A stretch of DNA of 64,000 nucleotides from an uncultured virus (IMG/VR IMGVR_UViG_3300025018_002258) (lineage: Duplodnaviria > Heunggongvirae > Uroviricota > Caudoviricetes): the IMG/VR virus record IMGVR_UViG_3300025018_002258. One strand, given 5' to 3'. Under the pieces are notes generated by a model. The model was not told where the DNA came from and did not search any database. It worked only from the letters and a program-made list of their open reading frames with translations. Of this stretch, positions 49,415 to 61,362 are shown piece by piece (position 1 is the first letter of the stretch; each line of letters starts with the position of its first letter). Position numbers and translations under genes: made by a program.

Positions 49415-50425
49415 ATGGTAAAGTATATCGGCTCAAAACGTAAAATCATACCATACATCCTTGATACCGTTCAGAATCTTGATGGTGTTGAAACTGTTGT
49501 AGATCTCTTTTCCGGCACTTCTCGCGTTGGATATGCCTTTAAAGATCACGGCTATCGGACCATCTCCAGCGATCTCAACTATTACGCATATGTCTTGGCG
49601 ACAGGGCTTGTTGTTGCTGATGATAATAGACTCGAAGAAACGACTGAGATCATCAAGGAACTCAACAACCTCAAGGGTGAAGCTGGATATGTGACGCAGA
49701 CGTTTTGTATTGATTCCAACTTCTTTCAACCCCAAAATGGTGAGCGCATCGATGCAATCAGAGGGTGGATCGCGAATGCTGATCTAGACTTTGAATTGGA
49801 AGCCGTTTTATTGACATCCTTGATGCTTGCAGCAGACCGCGTTGATTCTACCACGGGAGTTCAGATGGCTTACTTGAAAAAGTGGGCCAAAAGGTCATAT
49901 AATGATCTGGAGCTTCGGGTGCCTGAACTATTGCCACCTTCCAAGCATGGGAAGTGTCTAGCTGTTCAGGGGGATGCAGCAGAAATGGCCGGTCATCTTC
50001 AGGCTGATCTGTTCTATCTTGACCCTCCTTACAACCAGCACAAATATCTCGGAAACTATCATATCTGGGAGACTTTGTGTAAATGGGATAAACCTGAAGT
50101 CTATGGTGTGGCTTGCAAAAGAGAAGACTGCAAGACTAGAAAGAGTGATTTCAATTCAAAGGTTAGAGCTTTTGATGCTTTGAAATCAACGGTTGACAAC
50201 ATAAATGCTAGATATGTCATTATCTCATTCAATGATGAAGGATACATATCTAAAGATGAAATGGAAACATTCCTCTCGGAAAGAGGAGAACTGAGAACAG
50301 AAGAGATTGATTACAAGAGATATGTAGGAGCACAGATCGGCATCTTCAACCCTCAAGGGGAGAAGGTCGGGAAAGTGGAAAAGCTCAGGAATGTTGAATA
50401 TCTCTATGTTCTCGAAAAGGAGTAA
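49415..50425 (+). CDS. DNA adenine methyltransferase (D12/FokI-like)
   Basis: YIGSK, DLFSGT, YLDPPYN..Y..NYH. Confidence 0.9.
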   Translation: MVKYIGSKRKIIPYILDTVQNLDGVETVVDLFSGTSRVGYAFKDHGYRTISSDLNYYAYVLATGLVVADDNRLEETTEIIKELNNLKGEAGYVTQTFCIDSNFFQPQNGERIDAIRGWIANADLDFELEAVLLTSLMLAADRVDSTTGVQMAYLKKWAKRSYNDLELRVPELLPPSKHGKCLAVQGDAAEMAGHLQADLFYLDPPYNQHKYLGNYHIWETLCKWDKPEVYGVACKREDCKTRKSDFNSKVRAFDALKSTVDNINARYVIISFNDEGYISKDEMETFLSERGELRTEEIDYKRYVGAQIGIFNPQGEKVGKVEKLRNVEYLYVLEKE

Positions 50426-50429
50426 TGAA

Positions 50430-53316
<2,887 letters not shown>

Positions 53317-53452
53317 GAATCCTCAAGGTAAATCTATCCCTACAACTGGTCTGGGGTAGTTGCAGCGAAAGCGAAGAGCAGGAGTGAAAGGACTCCATGA
53401 GAATTAGTAAACACCAAAGATAAGTTTTACTAAGCTCTCTAAACCAGGACTG

Positions 53453-55039
53453 ATGCAACACGATAGGGCTGGGGATTTTTACACACCTTTGCCATGGGTC
53501 GGCAAGGCTCATGAATACATCAAAAAGCACAATATGCTGACGGGTGATATTCAGACATGGGATCCTTGCGCAGGGCAAGGCAACTTACTATTTCCACCGC
53601 AGTACACCCTCCCTCATATGATCCTGTCTACGATTCAGGATGATGATATCAATGTACTCAAGGCTCTGAGTCTCCCAGAGGATACCCAAATCTTTCAGTG
53701 CGATTTCCTGAACACCCTTGACTACCCTCCAGAGATTAAACATCGATTGTTACATCATAAAAACTGGCTGTTCATAATGAACCCGCCATTCATTGTCGGC
53801 AATGATCTAGGAGCATCTTTCGGTTCTGGTAGCGTCAAGACTGGAGTTTCTGATAATCTCATCAAGGACGAGATGAAAGAACTGAAGCTTCATCAGGCTT
53901 GCCAGAATACATCGACTCAGTTCATGTTCCGTATCCTGCAAATAGTTAAGGAATACGACCTGAATGCGATTGTCGGGACTTTCAGCAATGCTTCATTCCT
54001 GACAGGGATGAACTACGCCAATTTCAGAGAAGTTTGGGAAGAGGTTTTCGGTTTCCAGGGAGGATTTTGTTTCCCATCAACAGAGTTCGACGGGTTGAAA
54101 AAGAAGTGGCCGGTAGTCTTTACAGTTTGGAAGACGGGGGCACCGCCTGGGCCTGTCAGGGTTGATGTTTATGAGGGCATCAACAACATGACTGGTAAAA
54201 AAGCCTTCGTCCCAGCGGAACAACCGCTTTCCAAATGGGTTGATCGGCCGAGCAAGACAATCATTAGACCTCCAGTGAGTTCTGCGCTGACGATTCACGC
54301 GGCCAAGGGCCGCTCAGACAAAATGGCAAAGGATGCTATTGGGCATCTGGCCTGGAACGCAAATAATGTGCGAGACGCCCATCTCGCAGCCATCTTATCG
54401 GGTCCTTCTCATTCAGGACATGGATGGAGCATCACCAAATACAACTTTTCTCAGTCAATGGTCGCATTCGCCGCCGCGAAGCTTGTCAAAGAAGACTGGC
54501 TCAACAACAGAGATGAATTCAATGTCCCAGACAACTATCATGATGATTACGAAGAGTTTTATTACGATTCTGTCATCTATGCTCTGTTCCATTCTTCAAA
54601 TCAGACAGTAAGCCTTGGAGATGTTGCATACAATGGCAAGGTTTATGATATTCGGAACGAGTTTTTCTGGATTCCAGGAGACCATTTCGCAACATTTGAT
54701 ATACCAGATGATGTCAGGTCCGATATGTGGATTCCGAGGGACACTTTTGTTTCGAAGTGGGTCCATTGCAACTATAACGCGCTTTCGCAGGAGGCGCAGC
54801 GAGTCGTATCGGCCGCAACTGAAATTGTTAAGGTCTCAGCGCCATATCGACTTGACAAGAATGTCGATATGAAGTATCAATTGGATCGTTGGGATGCTGG
54901 CTGGTATCAGATCCACCAGGGGCTTACGAAAGTCAAAAGCGCAGAATTCGTCGAAGAATTGAACGAATTCTACCGGAACTACAGGCTGTTGGAAACCAAT
55001 ATGGAACGGATTCACAAAAGGTTGGGGATTTTGCCCTGA
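53453..55039 (+). CDS. N6-adenine DNA methyltransferase-like protein
   Basis: GDFYTP, WDPCAGQGNL, NPPF. Confidence 0.75.
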   Translation: MQHDRAGDFYTPLPWVGKAHEYIKKHNMLTGDIQTWDPCAGQGNLLFPPQYTLPHMILSTIQDDDINVLKALSLPEDTQIFQCDFLNTLDYPPEIKHRLLHHKNWLFIMNPPFIVGNDLGASFGSGSVKTGVSDNLIKDEMKELKLHQACQNTSTQFMFRILQIVKEYDLNAIVGTFSNASFLTGMNYANFREVWEEVFGFQGGFCFPSTEFDGLKKKWPVVFTVWKTGAPPGPVRVDVYEGINNMTGKKAFVPAEQPLSKWVDRPSKTIIRPPVSSALTIHAAKGRSDKMAKDAIGHLAWNANNVRDAHLAAILSGPSHSGHGWSITKYNFSQSMVAFAAAKLVKEDWLNNRDEFNVPDNYHDDYEEFYYDSVIYALFHSSNQTVSLGDVAYNGKVYDIRNEFFWIPGDHFATFDIPDDVRSDMWIPRDTFVSKWVHCNYNALSQEAQRVVSAATEIVKVSAPYRLDKNVDMKYQLDRWDAGWYQIHQGLTKVKSAEFVEELNEFYRNYRLLETNMERIHKRLGILP

Positions 55040-55056
55040 CGGAAAGACAGGTAGGA

Positions 55057-55362
55057 ATGAAAGACGAAAGCAAGGTTCTTATGAATTGTCTTGTGATCAC
55101 AACGCTATCTTTGGTATCCATGACATACAAGTATGTAGCTTTAATCACAATGAGTCCCCCGCATAATGACGCTGTGGCTGGTGATAATACAGAGGAACAT
55201 TCAAAGATCCTACCATATTATCCAGAAATCGGTATGTCTCCAGAGCAAGTTGATAAGGTTTGGACTTTTGAGTGTTTAGAAGAAGCTTGCCATGTGGGAA
55301 CTAATGACAATGATGTGAAATTGGTTACATACAGAGAGGGGGCAGATCGTTTTTTTGGATGA
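55057..55362 (+). CDS. Hypothetical protein
   Basis: 3' part of track ORF 54889-55362; start uncertain. Confidence 0.4.
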   Translation: MKDESKVLMNCLVITTLSLVSMTYKYVALITMSPPHNDAVAGDNTEEHSKILPYYPEIGMSPEQVDKVWTFECLEEACHVGTNDNDVKLVTYREGADRFFG

Positions 55363-55576
55363 TATGGTTTTTGATGTTAGGCGGGGCTATAATTGGAAGA
55401 GTCTGGGCAATTTCGAAGGGGAATATACCTTACCCGAACCATGGAAGCCAAAAGAAATTCCAGATCCAGCTAAGAAGCTTGACGCGGAGCGGCTATTGGA
55501 GTATAATGGCTCCAGTGAGGAAGATGATGGGAATCAAAATCTGGCTCGATGACGCTCGGGAGGCCCCCGAGGGTTG

Positions 55577-56871
55577 TGAACAGTTGCCATAAATTTTATA
55601 GAAATCTCATGATTCTTATGCAAATCAAGATTCTGAAAAATAGATTCCTACAGAATAAAGGAATCTTGGACTAAACCCGAGAACTAACAGCCATGATCAA
55701 GGTCGAAAGACATTTCTGTAAAGGCAATCCCGAAATCATCAGGCTTTGCCATCTCTCTAAAGAACTCTACAATAAATGTAACTTCTTCATGAGAGACAAC
55801 TTTTCCAAAGGAATTAGAACCCCCGATATTTCTACCTTGATCAACCTTGTCAAAGATGAGGATTGTTTCAAGAACCTGCACAATACTAAGACAGCAAAAC
55901 AAACAATCAGACAATGCTTGTCGGACTGGACCAACTTCTTCAGATCTATGACTGCTTACAAAAAGAGTCCAGAAAAATTTATCAGATTCCCCAAACCACC
56001 GAAATACAAGAAAGAAATGGCACAAGTCATTTTTTACAACGAAACAATCAGGAGAAAACCACTCAAGCAAGGAATCATTCAACCAACCAATGACTGTTTC
56101 CAGATCAAATCAGATAAACCGTTTAAACAAGTAATTATAACTCCCAAGTCCTTTGGATTTGTGATAGAAGTAAGATATGAAATCCCAGATGAACCAACCA
56201 AACCAAGAGCTAAAGGCACTTGTTCAATCGATCTTGGTGTAAACAACTTAGCAGCGATAACTTCAGATCAGCATGATCCAATACTGATCAATGGTCGAAT
56301 CGTTAAGAGTTTCAACCAATGGTTTAACAAAAATCCTAATAAGTTCAACTCAATGAAAAGATACTGGAGACTAGAGAACTACTTCCACCATGTTTCCAAG
56401 ATGATTGTTGAAAACTGCAAAGCCAACAATGTTGGTACAATTATAATTGGAAAGAATGATGGTTGGAAGAACGAAATGAACATGGGAAAGAAGAATAATC
56501 AGACATTCCAGTATATACCATTTTGCAGATTGATTCAGAAGATTCAGTATAAGGCAGAGATGGTCGGGATCAAGGTTATTTTCACAGAGGAAAGTTATAC
56601 GAGCAAGGCGTCCTTCATTGATGGAGACCCATTAGATGGGTCAAAGATTAGTGGAAAGAGGATTAATCGAGGTTTGTATAAGAGTAAAGAAGGGAAATTG
56701 ATCAATGCAGATGTCAATGGATCGTTGAATATTTGCAAAAAAGTAATCCCAAAGATTGAAGAAGATCGATGGGGCAGGAGCGTTGCCGCAACGCCCGTGG
56801 CAGTGAACCCGCTAAGCTGGTTCACTGCCCAAACATAAGGAATCTTCAGATTTATGTAGATTTTTATGAAC
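55577..56871 (+). mobile_element. Non-autonomous TnpB-only element (no transposase)
   Basis: TGAAC at both ends; imperfect ~33-bp inverted repeats at 55588-55620 and 56834-56868; interrupts a gene. Confidence 0.7.
55693..56838 (+). CDS. tnpB: RNA-guided endonuclease TnpB
   Basis: SK.LYN, IDLGVNNL, YKA...GI.V...EESYTSK, NADVNGS.NI. Confidence 0.92.
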   Translation: MIKVERHFCKGNPEIIRLCHLSKELYNKCNFFMRDNFSKGIRTPDISTLINLVKDEDCFKNLHNTKTAKQTIRQCLSDWTNFFRSMTAYKKSPEKFIRFPKPPKYKKEMAQVIFYNETIRRKPLKQGIIQPTNDCFQIKSDKPFKQVIITPKSFGFVIEVRYEIPDEPTKPRAKGTCSIDLGVNNLAAITSDQHDPILINGRIVKSFNQWFNKNPNKFNSMKRYWRLENYFHHVSKMIVENCKANNVGTIIIGKNDGWKNEMNMGKKNNQTFQYIPFCRLIQKIQYKAEMVGIKVIFTEESYTSKASFIDGDPLDGSKISGKRINRGLYKSKEGKLINADVNGSLNICKKVIPKIEEDRWGRSVAATPVAVNPLSWFTAQT

Positions 56872-57048
56872 GGTATGATGTCCTATTGGCTTTGGAGCAG
56901 GCTGTTGTTGAAAACAAACTGACAAAGATCCCAGAAGTAAGGATCCACACAACAAATGGTGCAGCCAGAAAAAGAATGGAACAAGCTCTCGAAAGTATAC
57001 AATTAAAAGTCGAAGAATATAGAATAGAAGAGGAAAATCAAGAGAATA

Positions 57049-57618
57049 ATGGCAAGGAAAGATCTGACTGAAATCGTTGTTCTGGACCTAGAGGCAACTT
57101 GTTGGGGAACAAGAGAGGAACAAGGATCGCAACCACAAGAAATCATCGAAGTCGGCATTTCCCGACTGCCCTTGGTAAGCCTGGAGCCAATTCGAGAAGC
57201 AGAAATCATCGTCAAACCAAGATGGAGCAAGGTGAGTGATTTCTGCGCTGGCTTGACAACTTTGACGCAAGAAGATGTTGACAAGGGAATAGATGTCTCC
57301 GAGGCACTAGACATACTTTGGAAAAGGTATGGGGCCGGATCCAAAATGGTAGCTTGTTGGGGCACATGGGATTTCGATCATATCCATAGGGAGACCAATA
57401 GCAAGGAGTTGCAGAATCCAATCGGAAGTTTGCGAATGGATGTTAAATCGTTTTACTCGATGGTCAGAGGGATGACCAAAGGTGTAGGGATGATGACTGC
57501 TCTTGACCAACTAGGGATAGAGCATGAAGGTACTCACCACAGAGGCGATGATGACGCACTTAATATCGCAAGAGTCTTGGCAAAGCTGCTGAAGGGCTCA
57601 AGGGAGTCCTTGCATTAA
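57049..57618 (+). CDS. DEDDh 3'-5' exonuclease (KapD/ERI-like)
   Basis: LDLEATC, EIIE.G, WG..D, HH.G.DDA. Confidence 0.88.
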   Translation: MARKDLTEIVVLDLEATCWGTREEQGSQPQEIIEVGISRLPLVSLEPIREAEIIVKPRWSKVSDFCAGLTTLTQEDVDKGIDVSEALDILWKRYGAGSKMVACWGTWDFDHIHRETNSKELQNPIGSLRMDVKSFYSMVRGMTKGVGMMTALDQLGIEHEGTHHRGDDDALNIARVLAKLLKGSRESLH

Positions 57619-57627
57619 AGAACAGAG

Positions 57628-58278
57628 ATGTGGACTAGAATCGGGAACCAAAAGGACTGGTACGATTACAGGGTCGCTAACACTCCCCCTTGGGAAGTGA
57701 AGTTTGAAGGCGACCCCATTGAGTTTCCATGTCTCGTTTCGACCGAAACGCCATCTGCCGATTTGTATCGGCATTTCTTCATCTACGAGAAGGACCTGGA
57801 AGAAATGTTCTCCGTCATCAGGGGACAAAATCCAGTCGATCTTGAGGTCATCCTTGCCCCGGCTTTGACCGTTGAGGATGTCGATCACAACAATTTAGAT
57901 CTGTTAGTTGATCCTGAAGAGCGTCGATTCATGGACAACCTGATTGAACTCTTCAATCGCCTCAAGGGCGAAAGGTTCCCCCACGCTCTTGAAGTCTCCG
58001 AAAAGAGTGGATTGGTTCTGGAGCGGGGCCTGGAGATTATGGTCCGGCTCATGCGGAGAGGATATGTTGGACTTGGCGTTTCCCCCCTGATCACCAGCCC
58101 AGCAGAGCAAAAGTTGTTCTCGATGCTAATGCAATATAGCTATCAGCAGAAGGCTTCGGTTTTCTCAATCGGCACCATTCAGAAGGAACTTGGTGTCCCC
58201 AGAGAGTTTTTGGCCACCTTGTTGACCAGCATGGCAGAAAAGGGCATGATTCTCTGCAAGAACAACAGCATTTTGTGA
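57628..58278 (+). CDS. Hypothetical protein, possibly winged-helix C-terminus
   Basis: Two helix-turn-helix-like segments. Confidence 0.55.
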   Translation: MWTRIGNQKDWYDYRVANTPPWEVKFEGDPIEFPCLVSTETPSADLYRHFFIYEKDLEEMFSVIRGQNPVDLEVILAPALTVEDVDHNNLDLLVDPEERRFMDNLIELFNRLKGERFPHALEVSEKSGLVLERGLEIMVRLMRRGYVGLGVSPLITSPAEQKLFSMLMQYSYQQKASVFSIGTIQKELGVPREFLATLLTSMAEKGMILCKNNSIL

Positions 58279-58529
58279 CGCAACAATCGCGCCATTCCCA
58301 TCGACGGACGAATGGGCCGTCAATGGGCTGGAAGCTGTGGGCCAGATGGGAACCCACATTAGCCAGAGCTTTCAGTCCTCCCTGTTCGCCGTAAAGAAAG
58401 GTAATCCTTGGGTTAGATAGATGTTTGTGTTTTCATCGATGATGATGATTATAAGAAAATCCAAACAACTATCCTCCCCCTCCTCCCCGAAGAAGAATAC
58501 AGCTACGACGGGGCCGAGCGCGGAATCGC

Positions 58530-58558
58530 TTGACATAGCGCTTCAGAAGTGTTATAAT
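58530..58558 (+). promoter_or_regulatory. sigma70 promoter
   Basis: TTGACA-N17-TATAAT with extended TG. Confidence 0.85.
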
Positions 58559-58637
58559 CGTCAGGCTGGAGCGCTATATGGGCTGTTTAGCATCCTTGGC
58601 GATCCTTATCTAATAGCAAAGATCGAAGAGGCTTTTA

Positions 58638-59372
58638 TTGATGAATGGCAAGGATGAATTCCTGCTAGATGGTTGCGACGAACAAAAGAAGAATAGCGTC
58701 CACGCAGTCATTTCAGCATATCGATCACTTTTGACTCCTATTTCGTATGTCAGCATGCCGATAACGACTGGTAAGCTATATTACGAGGTCCTTGACAAAA
58801 TGGGTTCTGTTTTGACTAAAGATCAGGTCTATGATCAGATCATTCGACCGAACGGAGAGCGCGGATTGGACTTCGCGCAGTCCATTGAGGGGCTGCCGAC
58901 GTTCCCTGTCGTGGCTCCAGCGATTTTTGAAGCCAAACAGATGCGATGGACCGAAAGAGAATACATGTATCTCTGGTATCGCATTCTGGAAGAAAAAGCT
59001 CGCGAAATCTGGATGAGTCCGGGCTGGCAGTACAGCAACGGCTGCTCGGAAGAATTCACAAGAGCAATGAAGATTCAGTGGGATTTTGTGAGGTTGGATC
59101 CCACGACAGAAGATGAGCCATTGCCTATCCGGGCCTATGATGCTCTAGGCAATGAGCTGAACATCTACGATGGCACAAAGTTGGTGTTTGAAGCGATAGT
59201 AGATCTGAAAGATCGTGGGCACGATTGTCCAAAACTAATAGAGTGCTTACATGAATTGGTCAACTATGCTGGGGTTTATTATACCTACGGCAAAGACCAG
59301 GGGTGGGTCTGTCCGCATGAGGTTGACTACGAACAAATGGCCGCTTGGTCGGAACAAATTCGGTCTCTTTAG
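58638..59372 (+). CDS. DUF4406/deoxyribosyltransferase-like protein
   Basis: YVS.PIT.G and GWQYS.GC..E motifs. Confidence 0.55.
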   Translation: MMNGKDEFLLDGCDEQKKNSVHAVISAYRSLLTPISYVSMPITTGKLYYEVLDKMGSVLTKDQVYDQIIRPNGERGLDFAQSIEGLPTFPVVAPAIFEAKQMRWTEREYMYLWYRILEEKAREIWMSPGWQYSNGCSEEFTRAMKIQWDFVRLDPTTEDEPLPIRAYDALGNELNIYDGTKLVFEAIVDLKDRGHDCPKLIECLHELVNYAGVYYTYGKDQGWVCPHEVDYEQMAAWSEQIRSL

Positions 59373-59486
59373 GTCGGATAAGGGATTGAGATCCACGTTG
59401 TCACAATCAAACTTAACTGAAATCGGTAGACTATATGATGTCAGTGCAAATACCATAAAAAATGGGCAAAATATTACGGACGATAA

Positions 59487-60488
59487 ATGGATTACATAGG
59501 CTCGAAAATCAAGCTGAATGAATGGATTTTTGGAACCATCGAAAGCATCGTTGATGAAAATGATGATCCGTTTCTGGATGCCTGTTGTGGCTCTGGCGCG
59601 GTAAGTCGCTATGCAGCAAATGAATGTTATGAGGTCATCGCCAATGACATCATGAAGTTTGCCAGCGTCATTGCCAATGGAAGCATCGGAGTTTCAGACC
59701 CGATGCTTGTTGAAGCACGAGACCATATTCGGGCCATCGACGCCCTTGACCCCATTGAAGGGTTCTTTTTTCACAACTTCTGCGACGAATCAGACTCTCC
59801 CAGGCTCTATTTCACAGCAGCAAATGCTGGAAAGATAGACGCAGCCAGAGCTTATCTCGAATATATCCCTCCAGGAAAGCTGAAAGACTATTTGCTTTAC
59901 TGCGGGATAGAAGCCCTGAGCCGCGTTTCCAACACGACAGGTGTACAATCTGCTTTCCTGAAGAAGTTTAAAACCCGCGCTCTAAATGACTTCAGATTTA
60001 GGCTTGAAGATGTGATTCGGGGACATATATCAGGGGCTTTCAATGAAGATGTCTTGACACTTCTCACGGACCACGATCTCAAATATGACATTCTCTATCT
60101 AGATCCCCCATACAATCATCGTCAATATGGACCAAACTATCATCTTTATGAGACTTTTGTCAGGAATGACGATCCGGCAGTGAACGGATCAACAGGGCTA
60201 AGAAGTTGGCAGGAAGAATCAAAAAGTGATTTCTGTTCCAAGAAGGCTTGTTTGGAGTTTCTGAAGCAAGTGATTGGGGCCTCGACCGCCAAATGGAACT
60301 TTATTTCTTACAACTCAGACGGCATTATGACGAAAGAAGACGTGATGGGAACCTTTGAGGGTTGTCAATGTTTCGAACAGCTCTATCGGCGCTATCGATC
60401 TGATGTTAGTGAGACAAGACAGTATAACGAAAGCGACTTGGTTGAATACCTCTTCGCGATTCCAGGAAAAATTCCTGGAATCGCTTGA
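59487..60488 (+). CDS. DNA adenine methyltransferase (D12/FokI-like), second copy
   Basis: YIGSK, DACCGSG, YLDPPYN.RQY..NYH. Confidence 0.9.
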   Translation: MDYIGSKIKLNEWIFGTIESIVDENDDPFLDACCGSGAVSRYAANECYEVIANDIMKFASVIANGSIGVSDPMLVEARDHIRAIDALDPIEGFFFHNFCDESDSPRLYFTAANAGKIDAARAYLEYIPPGKLKDYLLYCGIEALSRVSNTTGVQSAFLKKFKTRALNDFRFRLEDVIRGHISGAFNEDVLTLLTDHDLKYDILYLDPPYNHRQYGPNYHLYETFVRNDDPAVNGSTGLRSWQEESKSDFCSKKACLEFLKQVIGASTAKWNFISYNSDGIMTKEDVMGTFEGCQCFEQLYRRYRSDVSETRQYNESDLVEYLFAIPGKIPGIA

Positions 60489-60513
60489 CAGTTGGGGCGA
60501 TTCGCGATATAAT
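60485..60513 (+). promoter_or_regulatory. sigma70 promoter of the Pth2-like operon
   Basis: TTGACA-N17-TATAAT. Confidence 0.88.
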
Positions 60514-60536
60514 TGGGGCTATAACGGAGGAAGAAC

Positions 60537-60887
60537 ATGTTGGACAGATTGTAGGACTCGAAACACTTCTTTGTTGTTGTTCGCACAGACATTCCCATAG
60601 AACAGCAACTCGTTCAAGCCATTCATGCCGCCCATGAATCCGGCATTCACCTCTCCCCGTCGAGCGACAAGACGAATTCCGTCGTTGTCTGCGCCGTCAA
60701 ATCGGAACAACAGCTTCTCAACGCTCAGGACAGAGTGGAAGCGAATGGTATCCGAACCATTTTGTTCCGAGAACCAGATATCGGCAACGAGGCAACCGCC
60801 TTTGCAACCGAACCTATTCCAAGCGATCAACGGCACATGTTAAAAAATCTCCAGCTTTGGAAGATGAAGGAGTTGTTGCCATGTTGA
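60537..60887 (+). CDS. Pth2-like peptidyl-tRNA hydrolase with an in-frame TAG at codon 6 (not in ORF track)
   Basis: GGAGG RBS; my translation MLDRL*DSKHFFVVVRTDIPIEQQLVQAIHAAHE...VVVCAVKSEQQL...LFREPDIGNEATAFATEP...NLQLW; VR.D, Q..HA and EPD....TA match Pth2-fold proteins. Confidence 0.75.
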
Positions 60888-60964
60888 ACGTTTTTCTTTA
60901 GGGTGGTCGTGCTCCTCCCCATTTGGCATTCTCGGATCCCCATTTGGGGCTGACATTTTGCTAA
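60881..60964 (+). CDS. Mini-ORF MLNVFL*GGRAPPHLAFSDPHLGLTFC, putative leader/arrest peptide
   Basis: AAGGAG RBS at 60867-60872; start overlaps the Pth2 stop; TAG at 60899-60901 followed by GGRAPP. Confidence 0.5.
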
Positions 60965-60981
60965 ACAAGTAGGAGAAAAAG

Positions 60982-61329
60982 ATGGAAACCGTTAGAGAAA
61001 TTCTGGACATTCTGACCGAGTGCATCAAGGAAGCTTCTGAACATCAGAAGAAAGCCAAGTGGTTGCGCCGAACCGTACATTTGCATCCAAAGCATGATGA
61101 GTGGATGGAAGAGTTGGCTGAAGTGCCGTATCGTTACGATGTCGGCACTCGCGCCAAGTACATCTCGGCTTTGCTGGCTTTTCACCATGAAATCCGTGGT
61201 CAGAGATTTGATGGCCACGATTCTTGGAGACATGATGCCTTCCCGCATGTCTTCAAGATGGTCTTGGATCAGTTGAGAGAAGAATTTTCCGAAACTCTCG
61301 CTCTTGTCTATGCTGATCTAGCAGCCTAA
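60982..61329 (+). CDS. Hypothetical helical protein, third gene of the Pth2 operon
   Basis: AGGAG RBS; followed by a hairpin at 61337-61362. Confidence 0.7.
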   Translation: METVREILDILTECIKEASEHQKKAKWLRRTVHLHPKHDEWMEELAEVPYRYDVGTRAKYISALLAFHHEIRGQRFDGHDSWRHDAFPHVFKMVLDQLREEFSETLALVYADLAA

Positions 61330-61362
61330 ATCAGCCTGGGGAGTGGGGCAACTCACTCCCCA

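Larger units (their letters stand above)
55524..57071 (+). pseudogene. Cyclic-phosphate-processing receiver-like gene split by the TnpB cassette
   Basis: KIWLDD.R.APEG before the insert; YDVLL.LE.AV...IHT.N..AR.RM after it. Confidence 0.65.

Noticed and set aside
53379..53404. AGG-N-GAAT promoter before the 53453 methylase
   Set aside because: Spacing is 18, not the 19 seen at all other sites
55577..55692. IStron (group I intron plus TnpB)
   Set aside because: Only about 115 nt precede tnpB, too short, and I see no group I core elements
58578..58613. 11-codon ORF MGCLASLAILI after the 58530 promoter
   Set aside because: Ends in TAA-TAG with no in-frame continuation and no recognisable motif
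59375..59486. HTH-like fragment (LTEIGRLYDVSANTIK)
   Set aside because: No start or RBS; probably an endonuclease remnant, too short to call
60519..60843. Track ORFs 60519-60836 (-) and 60625-60843 (+)
   Set aside because: Shadows of the amber-interrupted Pth2 frame, which owns the promoter and RBS
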